From Lenisia limosa (Eukaryota > Protista > Breviatea), in assembly GCA_001655205.1 (NCBI GenBank), contig LPNZ01003081.1, positions 1-34,255 on the forward strand: 34,255 nt of DNA. Direction: 5' to 3'. The notes under the pieces were generated by a model. The model was not told the origin of the DNA. It saw nothing but the letters and a program-made list of their open reading frames with translations, and did not search any database. The number at the start of each line of letters is the position of its first letter. Positions within the stretch are counted from its first letter, which is position 1. Of the stretch, positions 1-10,927 are shown in pieces. The translations under genes and the position numbers were made by a program.

Positions 1-110
1 GTGTAGTGTGCATATCATATGCTTGTGTTTTTTTCGGGTTTTCTTCAAGATTTTGTTTTCTCATTTCCAAAAATAGCCGCTCTGCCACATTTTTCTTTTT
101 GACCCTTTAG

Positions 111-812
111 GAACACAACAACGCCATGCTACAGTGGAAGCCGAAGAAATGAAAAAGCGATCACAGACACGGGAGTTCGTTTCAGGTTTGCCTAATGTGG
201 AACAGTTTTGTTTTTTCTAACCGGTGTAGGCGGAACACAAAAACGTGATACAAGTTCAGGCCTTCAGCCCAAACGGGCAAAGTCAAAATGGGTGTGTTTT
301 CCTTGGATGGTTATTCTCAACAAACTGGACTAACGTTTCAGGATCAGCCAGATAGGGGGCGAAGAGAACGATCGCGGTCGCCTCGTAAATCACCACACCG
401 AGCTGCAAGGTTTGCAGAAAGGAGGGTGGATTCTTTTACAAGTTCGACGCTGGAGGGGTTTTTATTTGAAATAATGTTCTTATTTTCCCTATGTTCAAAC
501 TTCTATTCCTTTATTTTCCAGGAGGTCTCCTAGGAGGTCTTCACCAAGACGACAATCTCCAAATCGCCTATCTCCCCCGAGAAGGTTTGAGTATAAACAA
601 CTCTATTCCCTTAATGTTGTGAATCTTGTATTTCAGGACTGTGTGACTTGCTGTCCCTCTTTTGACGTGTTAGATCGCGTGATCACCGAGATGAGCGGCG
701 ACGTGACAGAGACCGTGATCGCGACCGTCGCGACCGGGACCGTCACCGTGAGCCCAGGGAACCTCGGGAGTCCAGAGATCGTGACAGAGATAGGCGAGAA
801 AGGCGGAGATAA
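111..812 (+). CDS. 3' part of a spliced gene for an Arg/Ser- and Arg/Asp-rich protein, probably splicing- or nuclear-speckle-associated; 5' end lies outside the window
   Basis: Exons joined at GT-AG introns give ...EEMKKRSQTREFVSGGTQKRDTSSGLQPKRAKSKWDQPDRGRRERSRSPRKSP...RSPRRSSPRR...RDHRDERRRDRDRDRDRRDRDRHREPRE...RERRR, stop TAA at 810-812. RS/RD dipeptide tails are typical of SR-related proteins. No specific family recognised. Confidence 0.7.
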
Positions 813-856
813 TAGCATGGTTTTCTTAATTTAGTTTTTCTTCCTTTTCATACAAA

Positions 857-3003
857 TTAGGTCCATGGTAAAAATGTAGGAAACAAGAAGAAACCAAGAA
901 CAAGGAATACAGAGTAATACCAGAACAGCGCAATTTTTTCCAATTTTTCTCTAGAAGGTAAGGGAAACTGCTCAGGAACGCACCCATAAATGGCGATATG
1001 CGCTGCAGCCCAGTGGAGCACTGGTGACGAAGAAAACAGAAACCGTGTTAATACCTGGATGTGGAGGAAACTAATGCGATTAAAGAACATCTTGAAAGGC
1101 AATTGAGCTCTTCACAAGCTTACGGGAGAAGAACTGCAGTTGCTCCGATAAGGTGAATTATAAATACTGTGCTCGCCTGATGCAAGAAAGACTACACACA
1201 TAAGAACTCCGAAATATATAATCCTCCCACCTGTGTGTTTTGAAGAATTTCATTCTTATCTACAAAATTACATGCAACAGCAAGAGACAACTCACCACGC
1301 GCAAGCCCAAGTAGGAAAAGAGACGACCTGCATAGTTTATTCCTACAAAAGAGAGCAACACTGTAGACAACCAAAAGAAGAACGGGGGCAGCCAGAACGA
1401 AGTTAGGGATTTGTGAGACTGTGTAGTATCTCATGAATCCCACATTCCTATATAGTTGAATAACACCCTATGATGTGCTGACAACAACAAAAAAAAACAA
1501 GCAGATAGCTTACCAGTATCTATCTTGTACATAGTTGTAAATGTTTGGGAACCTATCTGAACAAAACAGCGGTTGTGAATCGCCGAAACAGTATTGAGAA
1601 TAACTACAAATTTACACGACCTCTTCAACTCTTACCCATATGTGCAATATAATACAAATGGGGCAACGACAATAACACCTGCCATTACCATGTGCAATAA
1701 AGAGGCTACAACCTAATAGTGAAAACACAATTGAGATATACCAGGATAGGGTTGATAATGAAGTTGTAGTTTGACTTGGGTCTATTCTGAAGAGAATTGA
1801 AGAGTGTTTTGAGGCAATAGTGCCCAATGAACCCAAAAAGAACCATTCCATTCGACCTACATAATAAGGTGTTTCCAAGAACGTATATGAATAACACTGA
1901 GGAATACACAGCTCCCTACCGAACTAGAGACGCGCATGCGAACATGAGAGAAGCAAACAGGGGTCCACAATACTCTGAATATACATGATTAACAATTCAG
2001 TTTGAGAAGGCAGTCCCCGCAAACCTAATAAAAGCAGCCCCAAAAGTGTACATAAGAAGAAAGTCGACTCTGTATATCTGGAACGTTAACTGTTCTGTCC
2101 ATTCTCAACCTTACGCTGCAGTCATAAAGATACTGGCTGGGTTGACAGTGAACAGTAAACAAGTAGTAGCAGCAAAGGATTCGTTACCAAAAAGTTTCTT
2201 TGTCAAGCTACAGGGTGATGCTACATCTACTTACAAATAAAGAGCAAGAGCAGAAGAAACACAAGAAATGAAGGAAACAACTATCGAAGATATCAAGACA
2301 TGAGCGTGAAAAGAGATCTTAGGCTACACATTAAATAAAACCAGCATCTTACAATAAATTCCATTTGTTCAACAATAAAAACAAATGCTTTTGCCAATTG
2401 GTTTACAATCACTGGGTATCCTGGGAAGAAAGCATGCCACTGATCAATGGAATAGCCAGCAGTCGCGATGCTGGTGAAGTACACCCCGTCCCAATGACTT
2501 AGGGGGGCTGAGTAATGAAAACTGAAACAGGATATAAACTACGATTATCCAGCCTACAAAGCAACTTGTAAATGGACTGATCGAGAGGAGTGTAATCTAA
2601 TGTAAATATTAATGAACAGTTTTCTGGTTGTTGAGACAATTTGTTTGTTTATTGGGTAACAGTACTCATGAAAACATATTACACCAAAGTACCACTAACC
2701 ATAATGCCACACATTGGGAACACCATTAAAGTCAAATCTAATAAGAAAAATAGCTTTTGTCTTTTGGGAGGCATGCAGCAATACCCCCTGCCCCCCTCCA
2801 ACACACCTCTGCCATATCCTTCATTCAGCCTGGTAAATTCCGAAAATAATTTCCCTGATGCGTCGTAAGGCGGCAATACGTTCCCAATCAAGAGTGCAAT
2901 AGCTATAAACACAAAACGAATGCCAAGAACCCTGTTGTTTAGTTGGGGGGGGGGGGATAACTTACTTCACAAACAGACTTGAGGTTGTCATCTTTTTCAT
3001 CAT
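857..3003 (-). CDS. PIGV: GPI mannosyltransferase 2 (PIG-V/Gpi18), multi-exon
   Basis: Spliced exons carry PIG-V signatures: LPPYDAS, PLSHWDGVYFTSIATAGYSIDQWHAFFPGYP, GFMRYYTVSQIPNFVLAAP, LFSSSPVLHW, and many hydrophobic segments. Start ATG at 3003 or 3000; stop at 857-859. Confidence 0.92.
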
Positions 3004-3135
3004 GGAACTTCGCCCAACCAAAGCCCAATTGCTATTAAAATCACACAAACATCATAACAATTTCAATAATTGAAAAAAAACAGTGAAAGGGGTTGAAAAA
3101 AAGGGGGGGGGGTGATTGTCGCGGCCGCGGCGGGG

Positions 3136-3201
3136 NNNNNNNNNNNNNNNNNNNNNNNNNNNNNNNNNNNNNNNNNNNNNNNNNNNNNNNNNNNNNNNNN
3201 N
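3136..3201. other. Assembly gap (N run)
   Basis: Run of N after a G/GC-rich stretch. Confidence 1.
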
Positions 3202-3333
3202 GGCCTGGCCTCTATGTCAGTATGCCCTGTTATCAATACCTCAACAAGACCTTCATAAACTCTTCTCACCATTAAAATCAGAAAAGAACATTAACATCAA
3301 AATAGAATACCTCATTGAAACGGCAAAAAACAA

Positions 3334-4636
3334 TTATTGTGCAGTCTTCTTGCCCTTCTTCTTTTTGGCCTTAGGAGCTGAAGAAGATTCAGCTGGACGT
3401 TTTGAAATTTCTTCCTTCTTCTTCTCTCCCTTTACAATATTTCTCTCACCCTTCTTCTCTTCCTTGGCACTAATCTTCTCTTCCTTCTTCTCTGCTTTCT
3501 TCTCTTCCTTTTTCACATCTTTCTTCTCTTCTTGTTGTTTTTTCTGTTTATTTTCATTAGCAGACTTCTTACGTTCCTTTGCCTGAAGTGTAATCACATA
3601 ATAACGGTAGTTACAACTAAAAAGAGTCCATTGTAATTCTTGTCTTTAAAAACCCACAACCCGTTGCTCAACGAAATAATTGTCAATGGTATTCTCATTA
3701 GATAGTAAGCCCCGCAAACGGCAGCCTTTTTCCTCTCAAAACGACGCTTCGCCTTCTCTTCGTTCTTCTTCTTCTTCTCTAAAAAGTTAGGAATACATGT
3801 TCAAGTCCCCTTCCCGTGCTTACTCATAAATATATAAGGATCAGAGTTGAGATGTTTGATAGACTTCTTTTGGGCTTCAACTGCCTTTAAGTGTTTCTAA
3901 GTAGGTCAGCCAAGATTTGCTCCGATTAAACAAACTTTGGACTGAAGATGGGATTCCTCGTCCTTGAGAGACAAGAGCATTTTACCAGGGCAAGTACCGC
4001 ATTCATAAGCTGGAAAAGTAAGCTTACAACTACAGGACTTGAGCTTACGGGTAAACTTGTTTTCTTTCTCAGGCTCTTCGTCCAAAAGTGCTGCGAGGTC
4101 TTCTTCATCAAGTTCACTGCCACTACTCAACTCCTCCTCCTCATCTGCTTCATCCTCTTCTTCTTCATCTTCCTCTTCTTCATCAGCATCCCCATCCACT
4201 TCATCCTTGGGAAGTGCATAATCGGGAATTTCTCCCGCCTTATCCTCATCTCCTTCAGACGCATCAGAGTCTTGGTCAGACATACCAGAAAGGTCTGAGG
4301 CATACATGCCCTTAATCGTTAAGCCATGCACACTATTAAAAATATGTATAAAAATAAATATAATAGAGTGACCAGATAAGTCTTGACCGATTTGTTTTGT
4401 GATTTCCCAAAGACAATCGGTCAAGACTTATCCTGGTCACTGTATATGTATCTATCTTCATCAACAGCAGAGAAAACTCCCTCTTACATCAAACTCAGCA
4501 AGAGGATCTACCCCATCATATTCTTTTTCATTCTCAGAGTCAGAAGATTCCCAATCAATCTCCCTAAAGTATCAGCGAAGATCAATTAAACTGCACAGCA
4601 GCCAAATAACTCACAGTTCGCCAGATCTTTGGGCAT
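3334..4636 (-). CDS. Acidic N-terminal, Lys-rich C-terminal protein with one C2H2/U1-like zinc finger; possibly nucleolar, function unknown
   Basis: Hand-spliced product MPKDLANWEIDWESSDSENEKEYDGVDPLAEFD-GMYASD...(long D/E tract)...YECGTCPGKMLLSLKDEESHLQSKKHLKAVEAQKK (C-x2-C-x13-H-x5-H), then a KEEKK-rich tail ending KKKKGKKTAQ. The start codon is a best guess. Confidence 0.75.
4367..4441 (-). other. 75-nt near-perfect inverted repeat (about 32-bp stem, 8-nt loop) within inferred intron 4311-4487; pre-miRNA-like hairpin
   Basis: Arms on the transcribed strand are AGTGACCAGGATAAGTCTTGACCGATTGTCTTTG and CAAAACAAATCGGTCAAGACTTATCTGGTCACT. They pair as 9+17+2+4 bp with three single-nt bulges. 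The repeat is directly visible; a small-RNA function is inference. Confidence 0.85.
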
Positions 4637-4930
4637 CAATAACACGAGCTGCTCGTTTATACATTGTTCTTTTTCTGTCTTCTTCCCTTTATTCTTAATC
4701 ACACACAGCTATAACCCACCCTTTACAACAAAAAAGAACAAGGGACAAGAGGCGGCACACAGAGTAAATGGAAATACGGTCGCGCAGCTTGTAATATGCA
4801 TCTGCTATCCGTCTTCTAACCCTCTTCTAGCTGCCTTCTAACACGAAAAAGTGCCGTGAGTGCAAAAATTAACAGAAAAGTGCCCGATTTTGCCTTGGTT
4901 GCTTATTCTTGCAACATTTACCGTAACAAG

Positions 4931-7236
4931 ATGACAGTTTTTCTCTGCGCATTTGTACTTTTCTCTTTCTTCTGGCAGGCATTGTAATGAGATTATATTG
5001 AAATTGCTTATTTTGTAGTTCAATGGCGTTACCTGAAAGAAAGTTTGAAATTTTGCACATCACAGATGTTCATGGCTGGATTGATGGTTGGTTATGCGTT
5101 CATTCGACTCACAACCAGGTCATAGACATATCGAGGGCTTGGATGCCGATTTTGGAGACTTAGTTTCTTTGATTGAGTGGAAAAGAGTGAGTTAAGGTAT
5201 TGTACTTACCATTCAGCTTGAAGCTCAAGCGAGCAATGTCAATCTTCTTGTAATTGACACGGGGTAGGCTTTGGCTGACTTTGTTGACAGATATTTCAGT
5301 GATATGATGGAAGGTACCGGCATTAGTGATGCATCTGCTGTTCATGGTCAATTTGTTATTCCTTCTTTCCCATTGGATCTCGATGCATTGACAATTGGTT
5401 TGTTGGATTGTTGTTGAACATGTTTCAAAAGACGTTTTTTATTTCCAGGTAACCACGACCTTGCCACTAACGCGGGAGTTGATAACCTTCTTGAAAAGTC
5501 CAAAGCTCGTTGGGGTGACAGATATATCACAACTAACGTGTTCCACAAAGTGCATGGACGGATGGGTTCACCCTACCTTGTCACTACTGTTGGAGATACC
5601 AAGATCCTATACTTGGGAGTTATGTACAACTTTGACCACCAAGCCGACAGTGTTGAAGTACAGGTTTGTGGGAGTGTAATATTTGGACAGTAATGATATA
5701 CAATAGTTCTCTTTTGACTCGTGTTACAGTTTGTTGAGGACATGGTGGAGGATACAGCCTTTTTAGAAGCAATGGAGCAAGAAGTAGACATCGTCATTAG
5801 TCTGTGTCACATTTCACCCACGCTTCAACCCGAGCTGGATAACTTGCAAAAAGCTATTCGAAGCCACAAGCCTGACGTCCCACTTGTTCTTTTGACAGGC
5901 CACGAGTGAGTTGAGTCTCAAAACTAATTTGTAGTCATGTTTTGTACTCCTCTCTCCCCGATGCTCAGACTGTCAAGTTTGATTCGGCTTGCTACTTCCT
6001 CAATATTGGTGTCTTGCACTTCACCTTATCTCCTGTAAGCAAACTTCAGTGCACATTTTAAAAGGGGGAATTAATTACTGCTGTAGTCGAATGAAATGAA
6101 CATTGAATCGAGGATGTGGTATCCCACCACACGAGAGACGCTAGCAAAGATGGCAGGTCGTGACCTCAGCAACTTCCTTACTCCAAGTGGTTTGTGGATT
6201 TGGAATTGGGTAAACATTTGTTGGATTAAATTGCTTATTTGACAGGTGAGGAATTAAAGATTCAATTGGCAAAATGGAATACGGAGCTAGGCCTAGACAC
6301 TGTGGAAGGATGCAGTAACTACACTTATCAAAACGTTTGTTGGTTTACAGCAAAACGAGCGTGTCATTCTTTCGACTTACATTTCAGAACAAACCACCAT
6401 CTTCTGAATTTTCTCTTTATAACCTGCTCTACTATCATGTTGTTCCTGAAATTTTGTTCCCCAATATGATCCCTGGAGTAACAAAAAATGATCTTTGGTT
6501 CGTGTCAAACAACGCGTAAGCATGAAGATTATGTTGTATTTTTAAAACTCCTCTCAATTCTCTAGGTTTATGAGGACTTCTATATTCCAGGGCGAGATTG
6601 TATTTGATGATCTTCTCTCAATTGACCCGTTTAATGACACTTTTCATGTCGTCGACCCTATCCCTGGGTATGCTCTGATTCATTTTTCGAAGGGTTTACG
6701 TTTATAATGTTGTTTACCAAAGAATTGCTAACATTATGACAATTGTTTAGCACCATTATCCCCGAGCTAAAGAAAGCTCTTGTTGCTCTTGGCACCTTGG
6801 GGGAAAGAGGCACTATTCTTGGCGGAGGTTTGTCTTTTTCTTGAAAGCTTATCCAGCTCAGATGAGAGGGGTTCTATTGCATTTGAGGCAAGACCCCCTG
6901 TTGATTCCAGATTACCAAAGTACATGTGGCAAGACATAAAAATCAGCCCAAAGAAGGTAACTTATTTCTATATTCTTTTAACATGCTTTGTTAGTCTTAC
7001 GCCTTGGTTTGTGTCGAGTATGATGCTCAAGTGATCGTGAAAGTTCTCGCCAAGTTAGACCCTTCTATCCAAGTCACTTCTCAGGTTTGGTGCGGGCTTT
7101 AATACTCACCCTTTTAGAAATTCTCACATATTACAAGTGTCCCTTCACTGAAGGCTTACGTCAATGGCAGAATGTCACATTGCTGATTAAAAATGGTTCT
7201 TATGGTTATTATGAAGAGTATTTAATATTATATTAA
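4931..7236 (+). CDS. Secreted calcineurin-like metallophosphoesterase / 5'-nucleotidase of the yeast SMN1 (YHR202W) type, multi-exon
   Basis: Signal-peptide-like MTVFLCAFVLFSFFWQAFS; metallophosphoesterase motifs ILHITDVHGW, ADFGD, VIDTGDMMEGTGISDA, DALTIGNHDL, WGDRYITTNV and GHxH; stop TAA at 7234-7236. Confidence 0.85.
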
Positions 7237-7261
7237 TCTACAAAACAATACCAACTGACAC

Positions 7262-7305
7262 CTGAAAACCATACCACCTTCGCTGAAAACCATACCACCT
7301 TCGCT
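7262..7305. repeat. Exact 21-bp tandem duplication (CTGAAAACCATACCACCTTCG x2) between two convergent stop codons
   Basis: Units at 7262-7282 and 7283-7303, followed by CT. Confidence 0.95.
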
Positions 7306-7318
7306 ATGCCTCCAAGTC

Positions 7319-9359
7319 TTATGTAGATGTAGCTTTCTTTTTGATGATCTAAACATGTTACAAGTTTTGAAAAAACAGCACAACAGAAACCACTCCCACC
7401 TTCTTCTTCTTTTTGATTTTCTTAGCCCCCTCTTTTTTAACAACTGTTTTGGCAACAGCAGGTTTCTACACAATGAATCCACTCAAAGATGAAAGAGTTT
7501 ATTGATACCCTAAGCAAAGTACATACCATTCGTGGAACTAGTGTATTGATTTCAGACGACGGTTTAGGAGCCTATTAGGATTAGTTTTTAACATTTTGCA
7601 GAAACATCAATAAAAGTACACGTACTACTGTTATTAGATACACTATCATACTCATGGGACCTCCTACCCTGGGCTTGACCGTGAGAGTATTCATTGACGG
7701 TTCAGAGGCCTAAATTCTATAAGTTTTTTAGAAGGCTAAAGCTTATTGGTTCTTCATATAATTACATTCGATACACTACAATGAAAGGGCGATAACCTGT
7801 CATTTTGAAAGCTAATTCAGATCCCAACTGTTTTGCTCTTTGGTACAAGTGTCATTGTCGGTTCGGCCTCAGCCTTTGCCTTGGCTGCGGCAAATGGGTC
7901 TATAAATGAGAACAGCCATGATAAAAGAAAAAGCCTACCGTCAGGCTGGGACTCTTTCAGAGAAGCAATGACCTTCCCGACTTCGCTCGCCAGCGTACTG
8001 CCCTGCTTCAGTGCCATTACTTCGGCTTCATCAAATTCTGAGAGCTACAATATTACCACAAGTTATCATCCCTATTAGCCCTGTTCAAGACGAAGTATCA
8101 GCGTTATTGTAAAAACTCAAGTCCCACAAACTCTGATAGAAATGTCCTGAACAAAGGAGTGGATGTCATCATACTGCTTCTGAAGAGCTGCAATCTAACG
8201 TGTAATGACACCACAAGGCCAAATTAATAATGACACTTACTCCCCACTTTCGCATCCATCTGCGGGGACGAGGGTTTGGATTTCACCAAATCAAGGGCGG
8301 CCTTCAGTTTTTCTCCTCTCAATGAAAGGGCCTTGGAAAAGGTTAACAAAAATCAAACTGGAAAAGAACTCACCTTATGTGCCGAACGATAGTGAGCAGT
8401 TCCTTCCGTTACCTTGTATTGCATGAGATAGCACACTGCAGCATGCACAAAACTAATAAATGCGTCAGAAATGTAGATGCATACTATTCAGCAAGGGTTT
8501 TGTCATGAGGAGGGGAGCAAAGACTCCTCAACTCTGCAGCATTTTCGTATTCAGCAGCAGCTATAACAGGGTCCCCTGGTGTATGAGTAAATATAGCATT
8601 TGACAAAAAAATAAAATAATAATAACAAAAAAAAAACATTCCCAATTACCCATGTTATTGAGCGAAATATCAGCAACGAAGGCTAAAACAGACGCCAGTT
8701 GTTTGCGGTATTCTGTTTTCCCGTCTCTAATAAGAGTACGGTAGGTAAGAGCGCAGCGCTCAAGACTTTCTAACGCAATTTCAATATCATTACTTTGCTA
8801 AAAAAAATGAGGAGTCATCTTCCAAACTAACCTCTTCTGTATCTTCCTCCTCATCTTTTTCATTTTCTTCCTCTTCATCACAGTCTTCCCAGTCATCATC
8901 TTCAGCTAAACCATCAAAAAAGAAAGAGCATTACCATCCGCGCTTTCGACAAGAGTCGGAGCTCCAGTTTCCTTTTCTTCATCTTCTTCCTGCTTCCCTT
9001 TGGAGATTGGGTCTGTAACAAGTCAGATTCCTTAAAATGAAGAACCGCATTTTCCATTTTAGAGGTCGCAAAACAACATACCAGCACCATCTTCATTTTC
9101 TTGAACAGCCTTTACAAGAACTTCGGCGTAGTGAAATAAGACTTCAGCAACTTCAACACTGTCTTCTCCAAGGGTTTTAGTCCTGTGGGGTGAGGGAGGA
9201 GTGAAGACAAATAAGAAGAGCTGGTGCTTAAATGATCTTATATCTGTACGCAACCAACATTTCCTCAAGTGCATCAGCAAAGAGTTCGCAAGCATTGAGA
9301 TATTCTTTATCCAAGATCAGACGTCTGGCTTCGGCAATATTCTCCTTATATGTAGTCAT
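7319..9359 (-). CDS. NASP: NASP/Sim3/Hif1-like SHNi-TPR histone chaperone, multi-exon
   Basis: TPR-like MTTYKENIAEARRLILDKEYLNACELFADALEEM-TKTLGEDSVEVAEVLFHYAEVLVKAVQ; acidic insertion (DDWEDCDEEENEKDEEEDTEE); then NDIEIALESLERCALTY...LASVLAFVADISLNNM; basic C-terminus ending KKKATST. This layout matches the NASP family. Confidence 0.75.
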
Positions 9360-9556
9360 TTTGCTATTTTCTTGTAAGATAACGAGAAGGTCAGTTTTCG
9401 TTACTAGCGTGGGGGATATCAATGATTTAGTATTAGGAAAGGGGCTTCTTCTACTTTCCACCGTTGGTTTCCAGTTTTATACCCAACTACCCAACTCGCA
9501 AACTCTATCTTCCACCAGCCCGAAAGCAAAAAATTGGTTTTTGGTGGGGTTTTAAA

Positions 9557-10805
9557 ATGAAAGAATGTGGGGTATTGTGCAATTCATCAAACTGTGTCCC
9601 TATTAGGCAAGTACCCAAGAGAGACTACAGATTCATATTGGAAAGAACGTCCTTGGTTGAACGCTTGGGTGTGAACGATAGTAATTGAGTAATTGAATAG
9701 TGATTCCGCAGGAACTTGAACCCCGTTCCACTCACGCCCACAATGACGATAAGCTCGACAGGTGGCAGTGCAAGTTGGCTACTTGTAGTAAACTCACCAT
9801 TTAGAAACCGTTCAAAGGTCTTCAGGCATTTCAAACAAGCCACTAAAAGTTTCCTCTTATAATGAAGCAAGGTTTGCCTTTGTGTTTCATTCGATTCCTC
9901 TTCGTCATATTGACGTTACAGCCAAACCATTACAACTCCAGGTTTGGAGGAGAGGATCCGCGCCGAGATCCTGGCACTCCCAATGCCAGTCGTACTGAAC
10001 CAGGTCTGAGTCTGATATTGATGAAACTGCCAAAGTTTACCCCCACAACCCCTCACCGTGTAGAATCTGAAATTGACCCACCCCCTCTTGCCAATGACAT
10101 CCCAATGGAAGAGGTAACACAGACCAGCATTTTCACTCTTCAGAGCTACCAGGATGTTGTTGACGAGCTTGCCCGCCGGTTTGGTCTTGACATGTCTAAA
10201 AACTTCCTTCCTGAAGGAGACCCTATTGTCTACGAGGGCATGATTGGCCCGGGCGCCAGGGCTAGAGAGGCCAAAATGGCGGTGGGATTCCCTTTTTTTG
10301 TAATTGCATAGGTTTGGAGAGAGCGTCTCATTTGGTGTGCCTCCTACATTGTTGATTCCGATATTGTGGTAAGCAACAGGAAATCGCAAAATTATCACTT
10401 ATAACATTAGATCCCCAGTATTTACTTCTGCCCTCTGTGCGCTAGATTAATCAGTGAACCTGTTACTGCTCAAGATGGCACGACGTATCATCGGTCGGGG
10501 GTGGGGGTCATATTCAATTTAGATTTGAGTGTTTTGTGGTGTTAGTTTTCTTAAATCCAAAATGACTTACTTTGTAGCCCTGCATTAGTGGCATGGCAAA
10601 GGAGAAACGGAGAAGTGTCTCCTGTCACACTGAAACCAATGGTAAATCTCCTATTGGTCTAATACCCAAGGACTGCAGTGAATTGGTTCTCTCTTTGGAC
10701 TTCCTTCAGTCAATGGTTCTGATGCTGGAGGCTATTGTGAAGTTCGACAAGATGACTATGACCAAAGATAAGAAGAAGAAACGCCAAAGCACGAGAAAAT
10801 ACTAA
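9557..10805 (+). CDS. Protein with a C-terminal U-box domain (putative E3 ubiquitin ligase) and a basic tail
   Basis: Spliced U-box IPSIYFCPLCARLISEPVTAQDGTTYHRPALVAWQRRNGEVSPVTLKPMDCSELVLSLDFLQSM, which needs a 29-nt intron at 10642-10670; ends KDKKKKRQSTRKY. The 5' exon structure is less certain. Confidence 0.75.
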
Positions 10806-10897
10806 CGCAGTTAATCAATTATGTATTATTCATTAACCGAACAAAAATGAATTACTAAAATACATGTAATAAGAACAAATAGAATTAAATAACATAG

Positions 10898-10924
10898 AAC
10901 CATCAACATAACCATCAACATAAC
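10898..10924. repeat. 12-bp tandem duplication (AACCATCAACAT x2 plus partial) just 3' of the coiled-coil gene stop
   Basis: Units at 10898-10909 and 10910-10921, followed by AAC. Confidence 0.9.
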
Positions 10925-10927
10925 ACA

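Noticed and set aside
3060-3280. Small gene around the first N gap
   Set aside because: Only short ORFs with no recognisable motif or clear splice signals; the region is explained as the zinc-finger 3' UTR plus the PIG-V promoter.
3334-4300. Trinucleotide-like TTC/TCA/TCC repeats
   Set aside because: They simply encode the Lys/Glu and Asp/Glu tracts of the zinc-finger protein.
4440-4470. Box C/D snoRNA in the hairpin intron (TTGATGA box-C-like on the minus strand)
   Set aside because: No CTGA box D downstream within the intron, and the long perfect stem does not fit C/D architecture.
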